From positions 7,264,001 to 7,328,000 of the forward strand of contig OY970194.1 of NCBI GenBank assembly GCA_963708075.1: DNA of 64,000 bases. The letters are read 5' to 3'. Position numbers and translations under genes: made by a program. The notes beneath the pieces were generated by a model. That model did no database searches. It worked only from the letters and a program-made list of their open reading frames with translations, and had not been told where the DNA came from. This document shows, piece by piece, positions 60,782 to 64,000 of this stretch; positions within the stretch are counted from its first letter, which is position 1; the number at the start of each line of letters is the position of its first letter. This DNA comes from Sedimentisphaerales bacterium. Lineage in GTDB: Bacteria; Planctomycetota; Phycisphaerae; Sedimentisphaerales; Anaerobacaceae.

Positions 60782-61462
60782 ATGAAGCGTGCTTTGGATG
60801 TCCTGCTGTCCGCGGTGGCCCTCATACTTTTGTCACCACTATTGATCGTGGTCGCAATCGTGCTTCGTTGCACGGGGGAAGGGTGCGTCTTCTACCGCCA
60901 GCCAAGAGTCGGCTACGAAGGTCGCATGTTTCACCTGTGCAAATTCGTCACCATGCTCAAAAACAGCCCGAATTTGCCCGGGGGAGTCCTCACGGCGAAG
61001 AACGATCCTCGCATCCTGCCGGTCGGGCGAATCCTCAGGGCCACCAAGATCAATGAAATCCCTCAGCTTTGGAATGTCTTGCGGGGCGACATGAGCCTCA
61101 TAGGCCCTCGGCCTCAGGCACGGGAGCATTTCGATCTCTTCCCCGAGCACGTGAAGAGAGAAATCATCAAGGTGCGACCTGGTCTCTCCGGCATAGGGTC
61201 CGTTGTCTTTCGGAACGAAGAGTCCATCCTTGCGATGTGCGACACCGATCAGAAGGACTTCTATGCGAATGACATCGCGCCGTACAAAGGAGAACTCGAG
61301 GTCTGGTATGTTCAGCACCACTCTGTGGCGATTGATCTTCTCCTGATCCTTCTAACCATCCAGGTAGTCCTGTTTCCGGACACCGCGTGTTGCCTTAAGC
61401 TGTTGAAGGATCTGCCCAAACCGAGTTCCTCCACCCTGTCCGCCTGTCTCACGTCCAACTGA
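60782..61462 (+). CDS. Bacterial sugar transferase (monotopic phosphoglycosyl transferase, PglC-like)
   Basis: MKRALDV..LILLSPL, FYRQPRVG, KFVTM, DPRI..GR.LR.TKINEIPQLWNVLRGDMSLIGPRP, RPGLSG; AGGAG RBS. Confidence 0.9.
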   Translation: MKRALDVLLSAVALILLSPLLIVVAIVLRCTGEGCVFYRQPRVGYEGRMFHLCKFVTMLKNSPNLPGGVLTAKNDPRILPVGRILRATKINEIPQLWNVLRGDMSLIGPRPQAREHFDLFPEHVKREIIKVRPGLSGIGSVVFRNEESILAMCDTDQKDFYANDIAPYKGELEVWYVQHHSVAIDLLLILLTIQVVLFPDTACCLKLLKDLPKPSSSTLSACLTSN

Positions 61463-61782
61463 GGATCTGCACGGGTCATCCCCTGTCCCCCATCCGCCAC
61501 CACCGGCGGGCGAATTGTTTCCGCAGGCTCCTCACTCCGCGTGTCCTCGTTGTCGTGTATGCCGCGGGGCTCCTTGTGCGAGTCAGTGATTTCCCTTTCG
61601 AATGCCTGCGAAAAGGCGTCGCCTTTGTGGGCGGCGGCAGGCCGCGACACAGCGCCGTTCCCGCCATAACCGATTGTCAATAGCCTTCTACAGGCTCTTG
61701 ACAGCGTTCCCATGATGGGTCGCCGTCGCGACGGAAGAACAGGCTGCATGCTCTGAAAAAATACAAAATTTCCTAATCCATA

Positions 61783-61811
61783 TTGACGCCTGGGACCGAT
61801 AATAGTAAAGT
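61783..61811 (+). promoter_or_regulatory. Putative sigma70 promoter with AT-rich upstream element
   Basis: TTGACG-17 nt-TAAAGT preceded by AAAAAATACAAAATTT. Confidence 0.6.
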
Positions 61812-62187
61812 CTCGCTGCTGCAATTCAGTTGGGGGTGGCAGAAGAAACCAGAAGCAGGTTGAAGGATCAACAGCCAAAGAGTCTTGTGAAGGAACAAAG
61901 CTGAGAGTGGGCCGCGATTCATCGGCGGGCGGTGCAACATGCCGCGACAGCCGGTTGTGAATCTGCGGTCGGCTTGATGCGCGTGACGAGGACAAAGCTG
62001 AATATGGTTGGCCCTGAGAATACCTCTCCCTGTACTTGTCCTGCATTGACTCCCCCGTAGGACAGGCGCAACAAAACACAGCGCTTGCGCAAGCGACAAA
62101 GCCGACTTTTGACACGATCGTTCAGAGCGTGGCGGTTTGGAGGCCGTCTGAACACAGTTTGTAGTTTGACTCTGTGGGTAGGTAACA

Positions 62188-64000
62188 ATGGTTCCAAGAA
62201 ACACAAAGTATGTCATTTCAGCAGTATTGTGCATTCTCGGTTCACAGGCGGTAAGTTCCGCAGCGGACTACTATGTCAATGCGGCCGGTGGCAACGACGG
62301 CAATAGCGGCCAGAGTTCCGCCGCCCCCTGGCGGACAGTCGCCAAGGTCAACGCCGTCAGCTTCGCCCCCGGCGACCGCATCTTCTTCGCTCGCGGCGGC
62401 ATCTGGCGTGAGTCGCTGATGCCCCGCACCTCCGGCGTCGCCGGCAGTCCCATCACCTTCGGGGCCTACGGCTCCGGCGCCGCTCCGGTGCTCGCCGGCT
62501 CCAACGATCTGACCGGCTACACCTGGCGTAAGAGCGTCAGCGGCACCAACACGTACTACTGCTACGCCTCGGGGATCGAGCCGCCGGACGTGGTCTGGCT
62601 CAATGGCGCCCCTTGCACCCGGGGCACCGCCGGCAGCCTGGCGGACCATCAGTGGGATTGGAATAACCGCGATTCGCTGGGCTTTTCCACCGTCTACATC
62701 CGCGATGACTCCGGCATGCCCGGCGTCAGCGGCGTGCTCGTCGAATCCGCGGCCCGGGACTACACCGTCTTCGCCTCCGGCAAGAGCTATCTGACGTTCG
62801 AGAACCTGGAGGTTCGCCACACGGACGACTACGGCTACAGCTACGGCGTGATGCACTTCAACTCCTGTAAGAACATCACCATCCGCAACTGCACGGTCCA
62901 TGACGTCACCGCCAACGGGATCAAGTTCATCGGCGCCGGCAGCGCCAATCACGTCATCCAGGACAATGTGGTCTACAATGCCCTGCCGCCGTGGAGCTAT
63001 CCGTGCCTGATCAGCATGTTCGACACGACTACGGCCACGATCTCCCGCAATACGATCTACAACGCGGTCGGGCAGTGGGCGGTCGGCATGATGGTCCTGA
63101 ACAGTTGCAGCAACCTGACCATCGAGCAGAACAACATCTACAACTGCAACGGGGACCACGTATACCTGCGAGGCTACGCCTCCGGCAACACCGTGCGATA
63201 CAACTACCTGCACGATGGGTCCGGCACCGGCGTGATGATCCGCGAAGGAGCCAGCAATAACAAGGTCTATGGCAACCTCATGGCGGAAACCGGTGCGGGC
63301 GTCTCCATCAACAATACCGGCGGCGCCACCAGCTACAACCTGGTCTACAACAACACTGTCTGTAGTGAGGCCCGCAGCAACGGCGGCGGGATCGTCATCG
63401 TCGGCAGCCACACGGGCACCCAGATCCGCAACAACTGCGTCCGGACCAACGATGAGTATGCGCTATTCTTCGATGCGGCGGCGGCCGGCGTGGTGACCTC
63501 GAACAACAACTGCGTGTACAACACCAGCTCATTTCGTCTGATCCACTGGGCCGGCGCCAATTATCTGATGAGCGGCTTTGCCACGTACCAGAGCGTCAGC
63601 GGTCAGGACCGCAACTCCATGGCCCGCGATCCGCTGTTCGCCAACCTGGGCGGCCGCGATTTCACGTTCCAGAGCAGTTCCCCCTGCATCGGTACGGCCG
63701 TGGACCTGGGCGATACCTACCGTTATGACTTGGGCGCCGGCAGCACCTGGCCCAGTGGCGTGCGAACGCTCGATCAGCGCGCTTACGGCACCTGGGAGAT
63801 CGGAGCCTACGTGTACGGCAGTGCGCCTGCCACTAGCTACACACTGACGACCAGTGCCCCCAACGGCACTGTGACCAAAACGCCCAACCAGAGCAGCTAT
63901 ACCTCGGGCACGACAGTCACCTTGCAGGCGACGCCGAACAGCGGCTACGTATTCACCGGCTGGTCGGGCGATCTGACCGGCACGACCAATCCGGCGACGC
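62188..64000 (+). CDS. Large secreted right-handed beta-helix protein with InlB-B/Flg_new-like repeat (3' partial, not in the ORF track)
   Basis: Hand translation of the two ends: MVPRNTKYVISAVLCILGSQAVSSA-ADYYVNAAGGNDGNSG..PWRT..PGDRIFFARGG at the start, and DPLF..SSPCIG..IGAY then YTLT..TVTLQATPNSGYVFTGWSGD near the edge; consistent with one frame open to the window end. Confidence 0.85.
   Translation, partial: MVPRNTKYVISAVLCILGSQAVSSAADYYVNAAGGNDGNSGQSSAAPWRTVAKVNAVSFAPGDRIFFARGGIWRESLMPRTSGVAGSPITFGAYGSGAAPVLAGSNDLTGYTWRKSVSGTNTYYCYASGIEPPDVVWLNGAPCTRGTAGSLADHQWDWNNRDSLGFSTVYIRDDSGMPGVSGVLVESAARDYTVFASGKSYLTFENLEVRHTDDYGYSYGVMHFNSCKNITIRNCTVHDVTANGIKFIGAGSANHVIQDNVVYNALPPWSYPCLISMFDTTTATISRNTIYNAVGQWAVGMMVLNSCSNLTIEQNNIYNCNGDHVYLRGYASGNTVRYNYLHDGSGTGVMIREGASNNKVYGNLMAETGAGVSINNTGGATSYNLVYNNTVCSEARSNGGGIVIVGSHTGTQIRNNCVRTNDEYALFFDAAAAGVVTSNNNCVYNTSSFRLIHWAGANYLMSGFATYQSVSGQDRNSMARDPLFANLGGRDFTFQSSSPCIGTAVDLGDTYRYDLGAGSTWPSGVRTLDQRAYGTWEIGAYVYGSAPATSYTLTTSAPNGTVTKTPNQSSYTSGTTVTLQATPNSGYVFTGWSGDLTGTTNPAT

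Noticed and set aside
61890..62110. c-di-GMP-I riboswitch suggested by the CAAAGC motifs
   Set aside because: The GGCAAA/GNRA-loop architecture of that family is not present.
62242..63411. 389-aa minus-strand ORF
   Set aside because: Antisense shadow of the + strand beta-helix gene starting at 62188.

Overview
GC-rich bacterial DNA with essentially all genes on the + strand. The protein families (DUF1559-like prepilin, ECF sigma factors paired with a FecR protein or a Ser/Thr kinase, secreted LamG/PA14 proteins with 'TYYWRVDE' repeats) suggest Planctomycetota, probably Phycisphaerae/Sedimentisphaerales; this is an inference. Layout: (1) 0.2-6.4 kb, a T2SS/type IV pilus-like operon (GspE, a hypothetical protein, two GspF, three pilin-like genes); (2) tRNA-Lys(CTT), then two diverged DUF72 copies bracketing a secreted beta-helix/PKD protein; (3) 12.4-33.2 kb, two 'ECF sigma + membrane sensor with glycan-binding ectodomain + large secreted modular protein' cassettes around a prepilin, a double FAD oxidoreductase and a Tat-exported GH78; (4) 34-61.5 kb, a Wzx/Wzy-type polysaccharide locus (wza, wzc, PHP phosphatase, O-antigen-ligase-TPR, WecA-like, wbpB, wzx, asnB, wzy, glycosyltransferases, fnlABC, GNATs, DegT, dehydratase, sugar transferase); (5) a large secreted beta-helix protein, missing from the ORF track, that runs off the right end. 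Six single-base frameshifts are visible, three of them as an extra A in the same GAGACC context, which points to sequencing artefact rather than real pseudogenes. All calls come from reading motifs by eye; no database searches were run.
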